This document shows positions 18,233 to 27,830 of a stretch of DNA of 64,000 bases, in pieces. The stretch comes from Candidatus Marinacidobacterium sp. GTDB taxonomy: Bacteria; Acidobacteriota; Vicinamibacteria; Marinacidobacterales; Marinacidobacteraceae. How positions within the stretch are numbered: position 1 is the stretch's first letter; each line of letters begins with the position of its first letter. The notes below the pieces were generated by a model. It made no database searches, had not been told where the DNA came from, and saw only the letters and a program-made list of their open reading frames with translations. The position numbers were made by a program, and so were the translations under genes. The stretch is taken from NCBI GenBank assembly GCA_965220965.1, contig OZ244852.1, positions 960,001 to 1,024,000 of the forward strand. Reading direction: 5' to 3'.

Positions 18233-19807
18233 TCAGCCGACCGGGGGCGTCGGCTGGGGACGAGGCGACTCCGGGTCGCCCATGTGGAGCGTGCGGGTGG
18301 GGAAGGCGAACTCCACGCCCATCCGGCGGGCCAGACGCAGGATGCCGAGCAGGAAGGTGTGCCGCTCGGTGAGCTCCTCGCTCCAGTTGGCCACCTGAAA
18401 GAAGCAGTAGACGAGGATGTCGACCGAGGAATCGCTGAACCGGTTGAGGTGGATCTCGAAGTAGTCCTGCCGCATCTTCGGGTTCTCGCGGATCAGGTCG
18501 CGCACTCCCTCGACGAAGGCCTGGATGCGATCCGGGTCGGTGTCGTAGCGCAGCGCCAGCATGTGCTTCATCCGGCGGAACTTGCGCCGGCCCATGTTAT
18601 CGACGACGGTGTTCACGACCTTGCTGTTGGGCACGCTCACCACCGAGTCGTAGAAGGTGCGGACCCGCGTCGAACGAAGGCCCACCCGCTCGACCGTGCC
18701 CTCGTGTCCATCGACCAGAACCCAGTCCCCGACCTGGAAGGGGCGGTCGCTCACGATCGCCAGCGAACCCAGCAGGTTGGCCAGCGTGTCCTGGGCGGCC
18801 AGGGCGACCGCGAGGCCGCCAAGCCCGAGACCGGCGATCACGGTCGTCACCGAGTAGCCGTACGCCTCGGCGAGGATGAGCGTCGCGATGACCACGGTTG
18901 CGATCCGCAGGACCGTCCGGGCCAGCGGAACGAGCTGATCGTCGAGGGTCGACTTCGTCCGCTGGGCGAACGCCGTCAGCCGCGCGCAGACGGCGTCGAT
19001 CACCCGGTAGGCGAGCCAGACTCCGAGCCCCGCCAGCGTCAGGTCGAGAACGATGTTCAGACCATGATTCAGGAGGACCGGCAGCCGCAGGTCCGGCAGG
19101 ACCCGCCGGAAGACTGCGACCGTGACGAACCACGCCACCGGAGCGGCGAGGCCGGTGAGCTCGTCCTCGCGCCAGGTCGCATGGCGGGCGGCCACCCAAC
19201 GCAGCGTCGGACGCAGCAGGAAGCGGAGCGCGCGGTACGCGAGCCAGCCGACGAGCAGGAGGAGGAGGGCCCCGAGTGGCTGCCACAACTGCAGGCCGAG
19301 AAGCGAGCGTTCGAAGACCGGCGGCAGGAGCTCCAGCAGTCGTCTGGCGTACCAGGAGAACGTCGCGTCGTAGAGGTCCCCGGCGCGGCGAACCGTGCCC
19401 GCGGATATGCGCCAGGCGTCATCGGATCCCCGCCGCAGGACGAAATCGGGAAGCCGTACCGGAAACGGCGCGAAGAGCGGTCGCTGCGTATCCGGGTCGA
19501 TCGTGTCCGGGTTGGCGGGGACGGACTCCATGTCCACGAACAGTCCGCGGGCGTCGAGCACCGCCTTCAGGCGGGCCGCGGTTTCCTGGCGCTGCGCGTC
19601 CGGAACCTCGGCGTCGAACTCGAGCGTCGCGGTGACGTCGTCCCAGGCGATCTGCGGCGCCAGTTGGCCGCCCAGAAACGCGTCGAGCGTTGTCCGCGGA
19701 CTCACCAACGACTCGGGGACTTCGCTCTGCGGGAACGCGAGCGAAGCAGTCCCGAGCGCCACAAGGGACGCGAGAACGGTCGGAAAAAGCTGGGAAATCG
19801 AGCGCAT
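18233..19807 (-). CDS. MscS-family mechanosensitive channel with periplasmic N-terminal domain
   Basis: GLGLGGLAVALAAQDTLAN, RPFQVGDWV, GLRSTRVRT, VPNS and FAFPT. Confidence 0.92.
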   Translation of the reverse strand: MRSISQLFPTVLASLVALGTASLAFPQSEVPESLVSPRTTLDAFLGGQLAPQIAWDDVTATLEFDAEVPDAQRQETAARLKAVLDARGLFVDMESVPANPDTIDPDTQRPLFAPFPVRLPDFVLRRGSDDAWRISAGTVRRAGDLYDATFSWYARRLLELLPPVFERSLLGLQLWQPLGALLLLLVGWLAYRALRFLLRPTLRWVAARHATWREDELTGLAAPVAWFVTVAVFRRVLPDLRLPVLLNHGLNIVLDLTLAGLGVWLAYRVIDAVCARLTAFAQRTKSTLDDQLVPLARTVLRIATVVIATLILAEAYGYSVTTVIAGLGLGGLAVALAAQDTLANLLGSLAIVSDRPFQVGDWVLVDGHEGTVERVGLRSTRVRTFYDSVVSVPNSKVVNTVVDNMGRRKFRRMKHMLALRYDTDPDRIQAFVEGVRDLIRENPKMRQDYFEIHLNRFSDSSVDILVYCFFQVANWSEELTERHTFLLGILRLARRMGVEFAFPTRTLHMGDPESPRPQPTPPVG

Positions 19808-19819
19808 CGGGAGGCGGCG

Positions 19820-19892
19820 TACGCCTGGCAGGACTCGAACCTGCGACCTACGGATTAGGAATCCGTTGCTCTCTCCTCTGAGCTACAGGCGC
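19820..19892 (-). tRNA. tRNA-Arg(CCT), CCA not encoded
   Basis: GCGCCTG acceptor stem, anticodon arm ACGGA-TTCCTAA-TCCGT, and GGTTCGAGTCC T-arm. Confidence 0.95.
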
Positions 19893-19929
19893 GCCGGAAG
19901 GCGCCGAATCCTACCCGGCCGGTCCCGAC

Positions 19930-20487
19930 TCAGAAGTCCAGAACGACGTGAAGGCGGGCGCCGAGCCGGCGCAGCCGGGCGGCGCCTCCGAGGGCGTCGA
20001 GGCCGAGCAGGAACCCGAAGCCCACCGGGACCGCTCCCGCCCGCCGCAGCAGCCGGAAGCCGGCCTCGGCGGTGCCGCCGGTGGCCAGCACATCGTCCAC
20101 GACCAGAACCCGAAGACCGGCCCTCACCAGACCCCCCGGCAACTCGAGAGCGGAGTCGCCGTACTCGAGCCGGAAGTCCTGGGTGTGCGAGACCACCGGA
20201 AGTTTCCCCGGCTTTCTGAGCGCCACGAAGGGCGCTCCGAGGCGCAACGCCACCGGCGCCCCGAAGAGGAACCCCCGGCTCTCGATGCCGGCGACCGCCT
20301 GGATGCCGTCGGACGCGAACGGGGCGGCGAGGGCCTCCACCGCGTGGGCGAAGGCTTCCGCGTTGGCCAGGAGCGGCGTGATGTCCCGGAACAGGACCCC
20401 GGGCTCGGGAAAATCCGGGACCTCCCGGATGTGCTCCGAGAGCAGATCCCGGAGCGGGGCCTCAGCGCCGGATCCGGAAATCGTCAA
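19930..20487 (-). CDS. apt: Adenine phosphoribosyltransferase
   Basis: PDFPEPGVLFRDITPLL, GIESRGF, RKPGKLP and VVDDVLATGGT. Start approximate (TTG 20487). Confidence 0.93.
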   Translation of the reverse strand: MTISGSGAEAPLRDLLSEHIREVPDFPEPGVLFRDITPLLANAEAFAHAVEALAAPFASDGIQAVAGIESRGFLFGAPVALRLGAPFVALRKPGKLPVVSHTQDFRLEYGDSALELPGGLVRAGLRVLVVDDVLATGGTAEAGFRLLRRAGAVPVGFGFLLGLDALGGAARLRRLGARLHVVLDF

Positions 20488-20731
20488 GGGTTGAGCCGGA
20501 GGGGTCGGACGCCGCTTCCCGGCGAAGCGCGTCGAGCCGGCCGGGGGCGCGTCGCCAGAGCGCGCTCTCGAAGCGGTCGAGCAGCTCGGGGGCGCCATGG
20601 ACCTCCATTTCGACGGTCCCGTCCGGGAGGTTGCGGACCCAGCCGGCGACCCCCTCGGCCCGCGCGATCCGCGCCGTGGCCCAGCGGAAGCCGACCCCCT
20701 GAACCTGGCCGGACGCCACCAGCCGCCGCAT
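20462..20731 (-). CDS. acyP: Acylphosphatase
   Basis: SGQVQGVGFR and GWVRNLPDGTVE motifs. ATG overlaps the upstream stop (TGATG). Confidence 0.9.
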   Translation of the reverse strand: MRRLVASGQVQGVGFRWATARIARAEGVAGWVRNLPDGTVEMEVHGAPELLDRFESALWRRAPGRLDALRREAASDPSGSTLDDFRIRR

Positions 20732-21897
20732 CAAGCGAGCGCCTGCTCGAGGTCCGCGATGAGATCCCGGATGTCCTCGACCCCGACCGACAACCGCACG
20801 AGGCCGTCGCCGATCCCGATTTCCCGCCGGATCGGCTCCGGGATCGAAGCGTGGGTCATCGTGGCGGGGTGGTTCGCGAGGCTCTCCACCCCTCCCAGAC
20901 TCTCCGCGATCGTGAAGACGCGCAATCTCTCCATGACCTGGCGGGCGCGCTCCAGGGAGTCCACCTCGAAGCTCAGCATGCCGCCGAACCCGGTCATCTG
21001 TTTCCGCGCGCGTTCGTGACCCGGATGCCCGGGAAGTCCGGGGTAGTACACCGCGCCGACCGAGGGCCGCTCCTGAAGCCAGCGGGCGATCTCCGCCGCG
21101 TTCGCGCCGTGCCGCTCCATCCGCAGGGCGAGCGTTCTGGCGCTGCGCAGCAGCAGCCACGATTCGAACGGGGACAGGACGGCGCCGGCGGCGTTCTGGA
21201 GGAACCGGCACCGGTCGAGAACCTCCTGGCTCGAGGTCACGAGAACCCCTCCCACGCCGTCGCTGTGGCCATTCAGGTACTTCGTGGACGAGTGGACCAC
21301 GATGTCCGCCCCAAGCCCCAGAGGACGCAGGAAATACGGAGACAGGAAGGTGTTGTCCACCACGGTGAGCGCGCCGCGCTCGCGGGCGGCGGCCGCCAGC
21401 GCCGGTAGATCGGCGATCCGCAGCATCGGGTTCGTGGGGAACTCGAGGAAGAGCATCTGCGCTCCGGCGTCGAGTTCCCGGACGGTGGCGTCGGTGTCCG
21501 AGGTGTCCAGCCAGCAGAAGTCGAGTCCCCGCCGTCGCAGCACCTGCTCGAACAGCCGGTAGGTCCCGCCGTAGCTGTCCCGGGTCGCGACGACCCGCCC
21601 GCCCGACTCCACCAGGTCGAGCGCCATCACGATGGCGGCCATTCCCGAGGAACACGCGACCGCCCCAACCCCCCCCTCGAGCGCGGCGAGACTGGCCTCC
21701 GCCGCGTCCCGCGTGGGGTTCCCGGTGCGGGCGTACTCATAGCGGCCCGGACGACCGGGAGAGGACTGGGCGAACGTCGCCGACTGCACGAGCGGCGGCG
21801 AAACCGCGCCGGTTCGCGGATCCGGGTCCTGACCGGCGTGCACCGCGCTGGTGGCGAACCTCCAGGAGGCGCGCGGATCGTCGGATCGGGAACTCAA
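20731..21897 (-). CDS. Cys/Met metabolism PLP enzyme (cystathionine gamma-synthase/lyase)
   Basis: YARTGNPT, SSGMAA, VVDNTF, HSSTKYLNGHSD (PLP Lys) and AESLGGVESL. Start at TTG 21897. Confidence 0.9.
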   Translation of the reverse strand: MSSRSDDPRASWRFATSAVHAGQDPDPRTGAVSPPLVQSATFAQSSPGRPGRYEYARTGNPTRDAAEASLAALEGGVGAVACSSGMAAIVMALDLVESGGRVVATRDSYGGTYRLFEQVLRRRGLDFCWLDTSDTDATVRELDAGAQMLFLEFPTNPMLRIADLPALAAAARERGALTVVDNTFLSPYFLRPLGLGADIVVHSSTKYLNGHSDGVGGVLVTSSQEVLDRCRFLQNAAGAVLSPFESWLLLRSARTLALRMERHGANAAEIARWLQERPSVGAVYYPGLPGHPGHERARKQMTGFGGMLSFEVDSLERARQVMERLRVFTIAESLGGVESLANHPATMTHASIPEPIRREIGIGDGLVRLSVGVEDIRDLIADLEQALA

Positions 21898-21960
21898 GGG
21901 AAGAGGGCGGGCGGGAGCGGCGCGGATCTTACCGGGCGGCGACGACCCATAATCCGCAGC

Positions 21961-23649
21961 GTGCCACGCTGGATCCGCTCCGCCGCCATCCTGCCGGCGA
22001 TCTTCGTCGGGAGCCCCGACGCCGTCGCCGCACCGGACGACCCCGCCACCCGGATCGACCGGATCTTCGCGGAGTGGGACCGGGAGGACTCGCCTGGCTG
22101 CGCTGTCGGGGCGCTCGAGCGGGGAGAGTTCGTCTTCCGGAAGGGGTACGGGATGGCCGATCTGGACCACCGGGTCCCGATTACCCCGGATTCGGTGTTC
22201 CGGATGGCCTCGGTCTCCAAGCAGTTCACCGCCGCCGCCACCCTGATCGCCGAGGATCAGGGGCTGCTTTCCCTCGAGGACGAGCTGGCGGAGCACTTTC
22301 CCGATCTGCCGCCCTGGGCCGAACGGGTCCGCATCCGGCATCTGCTGCATCACACCAGCGGGATCCGCGACTACCTGGTGGTGATGAGCCTTCGGGGGCA
22401 GGGGGACGCGGACTTCTACACCGACGCCGACGTGCTGGAGGCGCTCCGGCGTCTGGAACGGCTCAATTTCGAGCCGGGAACCGAATACCTCTACAGCAAC
22501 TCCGGCTACTGGCTCCTCGCCCGGCTCGCGCTCCGCGTTGCGGGGCGGAGCCTGCGGCAATTCGCCGCCGAACACCTGCTCGGCCCGGTCGGGATGGACC
22601 GCTCCCACTTCCACGACAGCCACCGCGAGGTCGTTCCCCATCGGGCGCGCGGATACCGGCCGCTCGAGGGCGGGGGGTTCGAGCTCGACGAGACGAGGCT
22701 CGAGATGGTGGGCGACGGCGGGCTCTACACCTCGGTGAACGATCTGCAGCAGTGGGAGCGGATGTTCCTCGACCCGGCGGCCTTCGGCCCCGACTTCGTC
22801 GAGCGGATGACCTCCCCGGGGCGGTTCGCCGACGGCGCGGAGCAGGTCTATGCGTCGGGGCTGGCGCTGGGCCGCCATCGCGGACTCAGGACCGTCGAAC
22901 ACGGCGGCGGCTTCGTCGGTTTCCGCACCCACTCGCTCCGTTTTCCGGATCACGACTTCGCGGTCTTCGTGCTGTGCAACGCGGCGAGCGCCGCGCCCGG
23001 GACCCTCGCCCGCAGCGTGGCCGAGGTCTTCCTCGCGGACGCGATGCAGCCGGAGGCGGCTTCCGACCGCGCCCCTCCGGCCTCGCCCGGGCGGCTGGCG
23101 CCCGGACGGTTCTTCTCAGCCCGTCTGGGAGGCGCGGCCGAGATCCGGACGGATGACGACGGGGCGCTGGTTCTCACGCGGGGCGGGTTCCGCAGTCCGC
23201 TGCGCGATGAGGGGAATGAACTCACCGCCGGCGTCGGCCCCGATCGGCTCCGCCTGACCCCGACCGCGGAAGGGTTCGCGCTTCGTCAGACCGGCCAGCG
23301 CGAGTTCCGATACCAGCGGGTCGCTCCCTGGGCGCCCGGACTGGAGGCCCTGGTCGGTCTTGCGGGGACCTACCACTGCCGGGAACTGGAGGCCGACTAC
23401 GAGATCCGGGTGGACGCCCGGCCCGGCCTGACTCTGGTCCTCGCCGGCGGCCAGGAACGGCCGCTCGAGCCGTTCGCGCTCCTGGAAGCGGACGCGGACG
23501 CCCGTCCGTCCGCTGTCTTCCGCTCGGAGGGGGGGACCGTCAGCTTCCTCCCCGACCCGGCGGCGCCGGAACGCGCCCGCGGCTTCACGCTCGCCGCCGG
23601 CCGGGCCCGCGGGTTCGTCTTCCTGAGAGTCAGGGGAACCGGGCCGTGA
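21961..23649 (+). CDS. Secreted serine hydrolase (class C beta-lactamase-like / D-aminopeptidase family)
   Basis: Signal peptide, FRMASVSKQF (SxxK), LLHHTSG, YSNSGY and HGG. Confidence 0.88.
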   Translation: MPRWIRSAAILPAIFVGSPDAVAAPDDPATRIDRIFAEWDREDSPGCAVGALERGEFVFRKGYGMADLDHRVPITPDSVFRMASVSKQFTAAATLIAEDQGLLSLEDELAEHFPDLPPWAERVRIRHLLHHTSGIRDYLVVMSLRGQGDADFYTDADVLEALRRLERLNFEPGTEYLYSNSGYWLLARLALRVAGRSLRQFAAEHLLGPVGMDRSHFHDSHREVVPHRARGYRPLEGGGFELDETRLEMVGDGGLYTSVNDLQQWERMFLDPAAFGPDFVERMTSPGRFADGAEQVYASGLALGRHRGLRTVEHGGGFVGFRTHSLRFPDHDFAVFVLCNAASAAPGTLARSVAEVFLADAMQPEAASDRAPPASPGRLAPGRFFSARLGGAAEIRTDDDGALVLTRGGFRSPLRDEGNELTAGVGPDRLRLTPTAEGFALRQTGQREFRYQRVAPWAPGLEALVGLAGTYHCRELEADYEIRVDARPGLTLVLAGGQERPLEPFALLEADADARPSAVFRSEGGTVSFLPDPAAPERARGFTLAAGRARGFVFLRVRGTGP

Positions 23650-23656
23650 CGCCCGG

Positions 23657-26323
23657 TCAGCCCTGGTTCGCTTCCCCGAGAGTCGTCCGGATCGCCTGAC
23701 GGACGGCGTCGTTCAGCGCGGGAAGCCCCGAGGGGTTCGGACCCCCGCCTTCGGCCCGGTCGGGACGGCCCCCGGCGCGCCCGCCGATGGCGGACGCCGC
23801 CTCGGCGAGGAGGCGGTTCGCCGGAAGACGGTCCGCCAGGTCGGGAGAGACGCCCAGGATGACGGCGACCCGTCCGTTCCGGACGCTGGCGGAAACGGCG
23901 ACCCACGAGCGCCCGTCCTGACGATCCCGGTAGGCGTCCATGAGGCGGCGGTGTTCGTGCTTCGAGGCGCCGTCGAGCGGCTCCGGGAACCAGACGCGAA
24001 CCCCGGCGATCTCTTCGGTGTCCTCCCGGGCCGACCCGTTTCCGGCGGACGCGGTCGCGAGGCGGTCGCGCAACCGATCCATCTCGCGCTCCATCCGCTT
24101 CAGGTCGGAGCGGAGCTTCTCGACCTTGCGGGCCACGTCCTCGGGGCGGGTGTTCGCCACCCGGCCGATCTCGTTCAGGAGGCGCCGTCCCCGGACGATG
24201 TGGTCCAGCGCGGCGCGCCCGGTCAGCGCCTCGATGCGCCGCACGCCGGCCGAGACCGACTCCTCGCCGGTGATGACGAACAGACCCGCCTCGCCGGTCG
24301 CCCCCAGGTGCGTCCCGCCGCAGAGCTCGATGCTGAACTCCGGCACCTCGATGACCCGCACCTCGGCGCCGTAGCGGTCCCCGAAGAACGCGAGCGCGCC
24401 CTTCGCGAGCGCGTCGTCCATCGGCATGACGCTCGCCAGGACTTCGCGGTCCGCGCGGACCTGCTCGTTGACGCGTCCCTCGATCGACTCGATCTCGGCC
24501 GGGGTGAGGGCGGCGAAGTGGGTGAAGTCGAAGCGCAACCGGTCCGGGGCCACGAGGGATCCCGCCTGCTTCACATGCGGACCGAGCGTGTCCCGCAGCG
24601 CCGCGTGAAGCAGGTGGGTCATCGTGTGGTGCTGCGCCGCTCCGGTTCGCCGCCCCGGGTCCACGAAGGCGTCCACCCGGTCTCCGGGGCTGATCTCGCC
24701 GGCCCGCACCCGGACCCGGTGGAGGACGATCCCGTCGCGGGCCTGGGTGTCCTCGACATCCACCACCGCGTCGTCCGCGCGCAGCAGTCCCCGGTCGCCA
24801 ACCTGGCCGCCGCCCTCGGGGTAGAACGGCGTCCGGTCGAGGATGAGGTCCCCGGCGTCGCCCTCGCGGAGCACGGCGACCGTCCCGACATCCGGCGCGG
24901 GGGACAGGAGGGCGAGCACCCGGGCGCCGGAGTCCTCGACTCCGTCGTGCCCGACGAACCGGGTGGGCCGCCCGCCGGTGACTTCCCGGTGGATGCCCGA
25001 ACGATCGGCTGCGGCGGCCGCGCCTCCCTTCCAGGACTGCCGGGCGCGCTCGCGGGCCTCCCGCATTCGCGCTTCGAACCCGGCGGCGTCCACCTGAAGG
25101 CCCCGCTCGCCGGCGACCTCTTCCACGAAATCGAGCGGAAGACCGAAGGTGTCGTACAGCCGGAACGCTTCGTCCCCGGAGATCGCCGCCGCCTCCTGGA
25201 CTTCGGGCCGCGCGAGCACGCGGTCCAGTTGGGTCATGGCGGTTGCGATCGTGCCGCTGAAGCGCTCCTCCTCGAAGGCCGCCACCCGCCCGATCAGGTC
25301 CTTCGAGAGGCTCAGCTCGGGCCAGGCGTCTTCCAGATGGGAGACGGCGGCCGCGGTCAGATCCCCCAGGAACGGCCCCTCGATGCCGGCGCGGCGACCG
25401 AAGCGCAGCGCCCGGCGCAGGATCTTCCGGAGGACGTATCCCCGGCCGTCGTTCGCCGGCAGGACGCCGTCGGCGACCAGAAACGCGGTGGCCCGGGCGT
25501 GGTCGGCGATGACCCGCGCGGCGGTGGCGACGGCGGCGTCGTCTCCCGAGGCGCGTTCCCGCACCGCCCGCGTCAGCGGAGCGAACAGGTCGGTGTCGTA
25601 GTTCGAGGGGACTCCCTGCATGACGGCGGCGAGGCGCTCGAGGCCCATCCCGGTGTCCACCGAAGGGGCGGGGAGAGGGGTCAGCGCGCCGTCCGCATCC
25701 CGATCGAACTGCATGAACACCAGGTTCCAGATTTCGAGATGGCGATCCTCCCCGTCGAACGCCAGGCCCTGGTCGTAGTGGATCTCCGAGCACGGCCCGC
25801 AGGGGCCGGTGTCGCCCATGGACCAGAAGTTCTCGGACGCCGGGAGGGCGGCGATCCGCTCTTCGGGGACGTACGCCGTCCACAGGCGCCGGGCCTCGTC
25901 ATCCGCCGGGGTGCTCTCGTCGCCGGCGAACACCGAGACGGAGAGACGGTCGGGATCGAGGCCGAGGTCCGCAGTGAGGAACTCCCACGCGAGGGCGATG
26001 GCCTGATCCTTGAAGTAGTCCCCGAACGAGAAGTTCCCAAGCATCTCGAAGAAGGTGTGGTGCCGGGGGGTGAACCCCACGTTGTCGAGGTCGTTGTGCT
26101 TTCCGCCGGCCCGCACGCACTTCTGGACGGTGACGGCGCGGGGGTGATCGGGAGCGGCCCGGCCGAGGAAGTAGTCCTTGAATTGGTTCATCCCGGCGTT
26201 CGCGAAGAGCAGCGTCGGGTCGTCTCTCGGGACGAGCGGAGAGCTTCCGAGAACCCGGTGTCCGCGCTGGCCGAAGAAGTCGAGGAACGCCCGGCGCAGC
26301 TCCGCGCCCCCACGCGGGGTCAC
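23657..26323 (-). CDS. alaS: Alanine--tRNA ligase
   Basis: FANAGMNQFK, RHHTFFEMLGNFSFGDYFK, HHTMTHLLH editing motif and ELCGGTH. Confidence 0.98.
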   Translation of the reverse strand: MTPRGGAELRRAFLDFFGQRGHRVLGSSPLVPRDDPTLLFANAGMNQFKDYFLGRAAPDHPRAVTVQKCVRAGGKHNDLDNVGFTPRHHTFFEMLGNFSFGDYFKDQAIALAWEFLTADLGLDPDRLSVSVFAGDESTPADDEARRLWTAYVPEERIAALPASENFWSMGDTGPCGPCSEIHYDQGLAFDGEDRHLEIWNLVFMQFDRDADGALTPLPAPSVDTGMGLERLAAVMQGVPSNYDTDLFAPLTRAVRERASGDDAAVATAARVIADHARATAFLVADGVLPANDGRGYVLRKILRRALRFGRRAGIEGPFLGDLTAAAVSHLEDAWPELSLSKDLIGRVAAFEEERFSGTIATAMTQLDRVLARPEVQEAAAISGDEAFRLYDTFGLPLDFVEEVAGERGLQVDAAGFEARMREARERARQSWKGGAAAAADRSGIHREVTGGRPTRFVGHDGVEDSGARVLALLSPAPDVGTVAVLREGDAGDLILDRTPFYPEGGGQVGDRGLLRADDAVVDVEDTQARDGIVLHRVRVRAGEISPGDRVDAFVDPGRRTGAAQHHTMTHLLHAALRDTLGPHVKQAGSLVAPDRLRFDFTHFAALTPAEIESIEGRVNEQVRADREVLASVMPMDDALAKGALAFFGDRYGAEVRVIEVPEFSIELCGGTHLGATGEAGLFVITGEESVSAGVRRIEALTGRAALDHIVRGRRLLNEIGRVANTRPEDVARKVEKLRSDLKRMEREMDRLRDRLATASAGNGSAREDTEEIAGVRVWFPEPLDGASKHEHRRLMDAYRDRQDGRSWVAVSASVRNGRVAVILGVSPDLADRLPANRLLAEAASAIGGRAGGRPDRAEGGGPNPSGLPALNDAVRQAIRTTLGEANQG

Positions 26324-26865
26324 GACTCCACCTCCCCGGAGGCCCGGGTGGATTCGTCCACGGCGCGGCGGGCCGCCTCGAACGAGAACCCCCGCGAGAG
26401 AAGTCGCCGGAGCTGTCGCTCCCGGACCCTTCGCAGCTCCCGTCGGGCCGCCCGGTCATCCATCCCCTCGTCGCTCGGCCGGGCGGATCCGGGACGGGCG
26501 TTCATCTTCTCCAGAACCCGGGACGCCCGGCTCTCCTCGGCGCCGTCGGGAAAGGCCTCGCGGATCGCCTCATCGATCAGGTCCGCCGGCAGGAGACGCC
26601 TTCTCAGGTAGTGGCGGAGGAGGGCCGGCCCGTGGAGCCGATCCTCGGCGCGCCGGGCGGCGAGCGACTGCGCCAGGCCGCGGTCGTCGAGGTAGCGGCG
26701 TTCCCTGAGCTTCGCGACCGTCTGGTCGATTTCCCCGGCTTCGCGCCCGCGCTCCTCGAGGCGCTTCCGGACCTCCCCCTCGCTGAGGTCGCGCCGCGCC
26801 AGCAGGGCGAGCGCCTCGCTCCACGCGGACTTGCGGGGAGACGCGCTCTCTGTGGCGGCGACCAT
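26320..26865 (-). CDS. recX: Regulatory protein RecX
   Basis: ALALLARRDLSEGEVRKRL, YLDD and LLSRGF repeats. GTGA-coupled to alaS. Confidence 0.88.
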   Translation of the reverse strand: MVAATESASPRKSAWSEALALLARRDLSEGEVRKRLEERGREAGEIDQTVAKLRERRYLDDRGLAQSLAARRAEDRLHGPALLRHYLRRRLLPADLIDEAIREAFPDGAEESRASRVLEKMNARPGSARPSDEGMDDRAARRELRRVRERQLRRLLSRGFSFEAARRAVDESTRASGEVES

Positions 26866-26897
26866 GGCGGGAGACTAACGCCGGGGAGGACCGCCCA

Positions 26898-27830
26898 TCA
26901 GGCGCCGCAGTGGGCGCAGCGCTCCGCGTCCGGGTGCCGGGGCCGGCCGCAGTTCCAGCACTTCCGTCGCCGGCCGGGCCGGCCCTCCCGGATCCGCAAG
27001 CGCACCGCTTCGAGTTCCTCGCTGGAGTCGCCGAACGCCGCGATCTCCCGAAGATCCGACAGCATGGCGCCGGCGTCGCCGTAGCGGTCCGGGAGGCGGG
27101 GCGCCAGCGCGCGGGCCACGACCGCATCGAGGTCGGTCGAAACCATCGGGTTGCGCTTTCGCGGGTGCCGGTTCGCCCCCGCCTCCACCAGCGTCTGCTG
27201 CCGATCGGGATCCGGGTCCCGATACGGCAGCGTTCCGGTGAGCATTTCGTAGAGCACGACCCCCATCGAGTAGAGATCCGAGGCGAAGGCCCCCTCGCCG
27301 CGGAACTGTTCGGGCGCGAGGTAGTAGGGGTTCCCCACGTGCTGGTTCTGGCGCTCCACCAGGCGGACGGTCCGGGCCATCCCGAAGTCGCTGATCTTCA
27401 CGCTGTCCTTCGCGAGCAGGATGTTTTCGGCGCTCAGGTCGCCGTGCAGGACCGCCTTGCCGTGAGCGTGCGCCAGGCCGGCGAGCGCCCGGGAGGCGAT
27501 CCGGAGCGCCAGTCGCGGGTTCAGGCGTCCCTCGGCTTCGAGCCGGCTGGCGAGCGACGGCCCGTCCACCCACTCCATGACCACGAACAGGACTCCGTCG
27601 CGCTCGTCACAGGCGAGCAGCCGGACGATGTTGGGGTGTTCCAGCGAGGCGAGCACCTGGGACTCCCGGAGGAGCGCTTCCCGGCCGGCGGCGGTCTGAT
27701 CATGCGGCACCTTGATGGCGCGGCGGCGGTCCAGAAGGACATCGCGCACCAGGTACACGGCGGCGAAGGTCCCCTTGCCGATGTTGCGCTGGACCTCGTA
27801 GTTGCCGACCCGCTGCCCCAACCGGAACAT
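26898..27830 (-). CDS. Soluble Hanks-type protein kinase (atypical catalytic loop) with C-terminal Zn ribbon
   Basis: IGKGTFAAVY, AIK, HPNIV, HGDLSAEN, DFG, APE, DLYSMG and C-terminal CWNC...CAHC. No TM segment. Confidence 0.88.
   Translation of the reverse strand: MFRLGQRVGNYEVQRNIGKGTFAAVYLVRDVLLDRRRAIKVPHDQTAAGREALLRESQVLASLEHPNIVRLLACDERDGVLFVVMEWVDGPSLASRLEAEGRLNPRLALRIASRALAGLAHAHGKAVLHGDLSAENILLAKDSVKISDFGMARTVRLVERQNQHVGNPYYLAPEQFRGEGAFASDLYSMGVVLYEMLTGTLPYRDPDPDRQQTLVEAGANRHPRKRNPMVSTDLDAVVARALAPRLPDRYGDAGAMLSDLREIAAFGDSSEELEAVRLRIREGRPGRRRKCWNCGRPRHPDAERCAHCGA

Noticed and set aside
19808-19892. tRNA genes as integration sites for islands (also 33985-34057)
   Set aside because: No integrase, duplicated tRNA 3' end or compositional shift was seen next to either tRNA.
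20731-22953. Apparent 740-aa fusion on the Cys/Met PLP enzyme (similar extensions on thpR, ribD, acyP, PASTA and GDH in the track)
   Set aside because: The extra N-terminal sequence is antisense to or out of frame with neighbouring real genes. The true starts are downstream.
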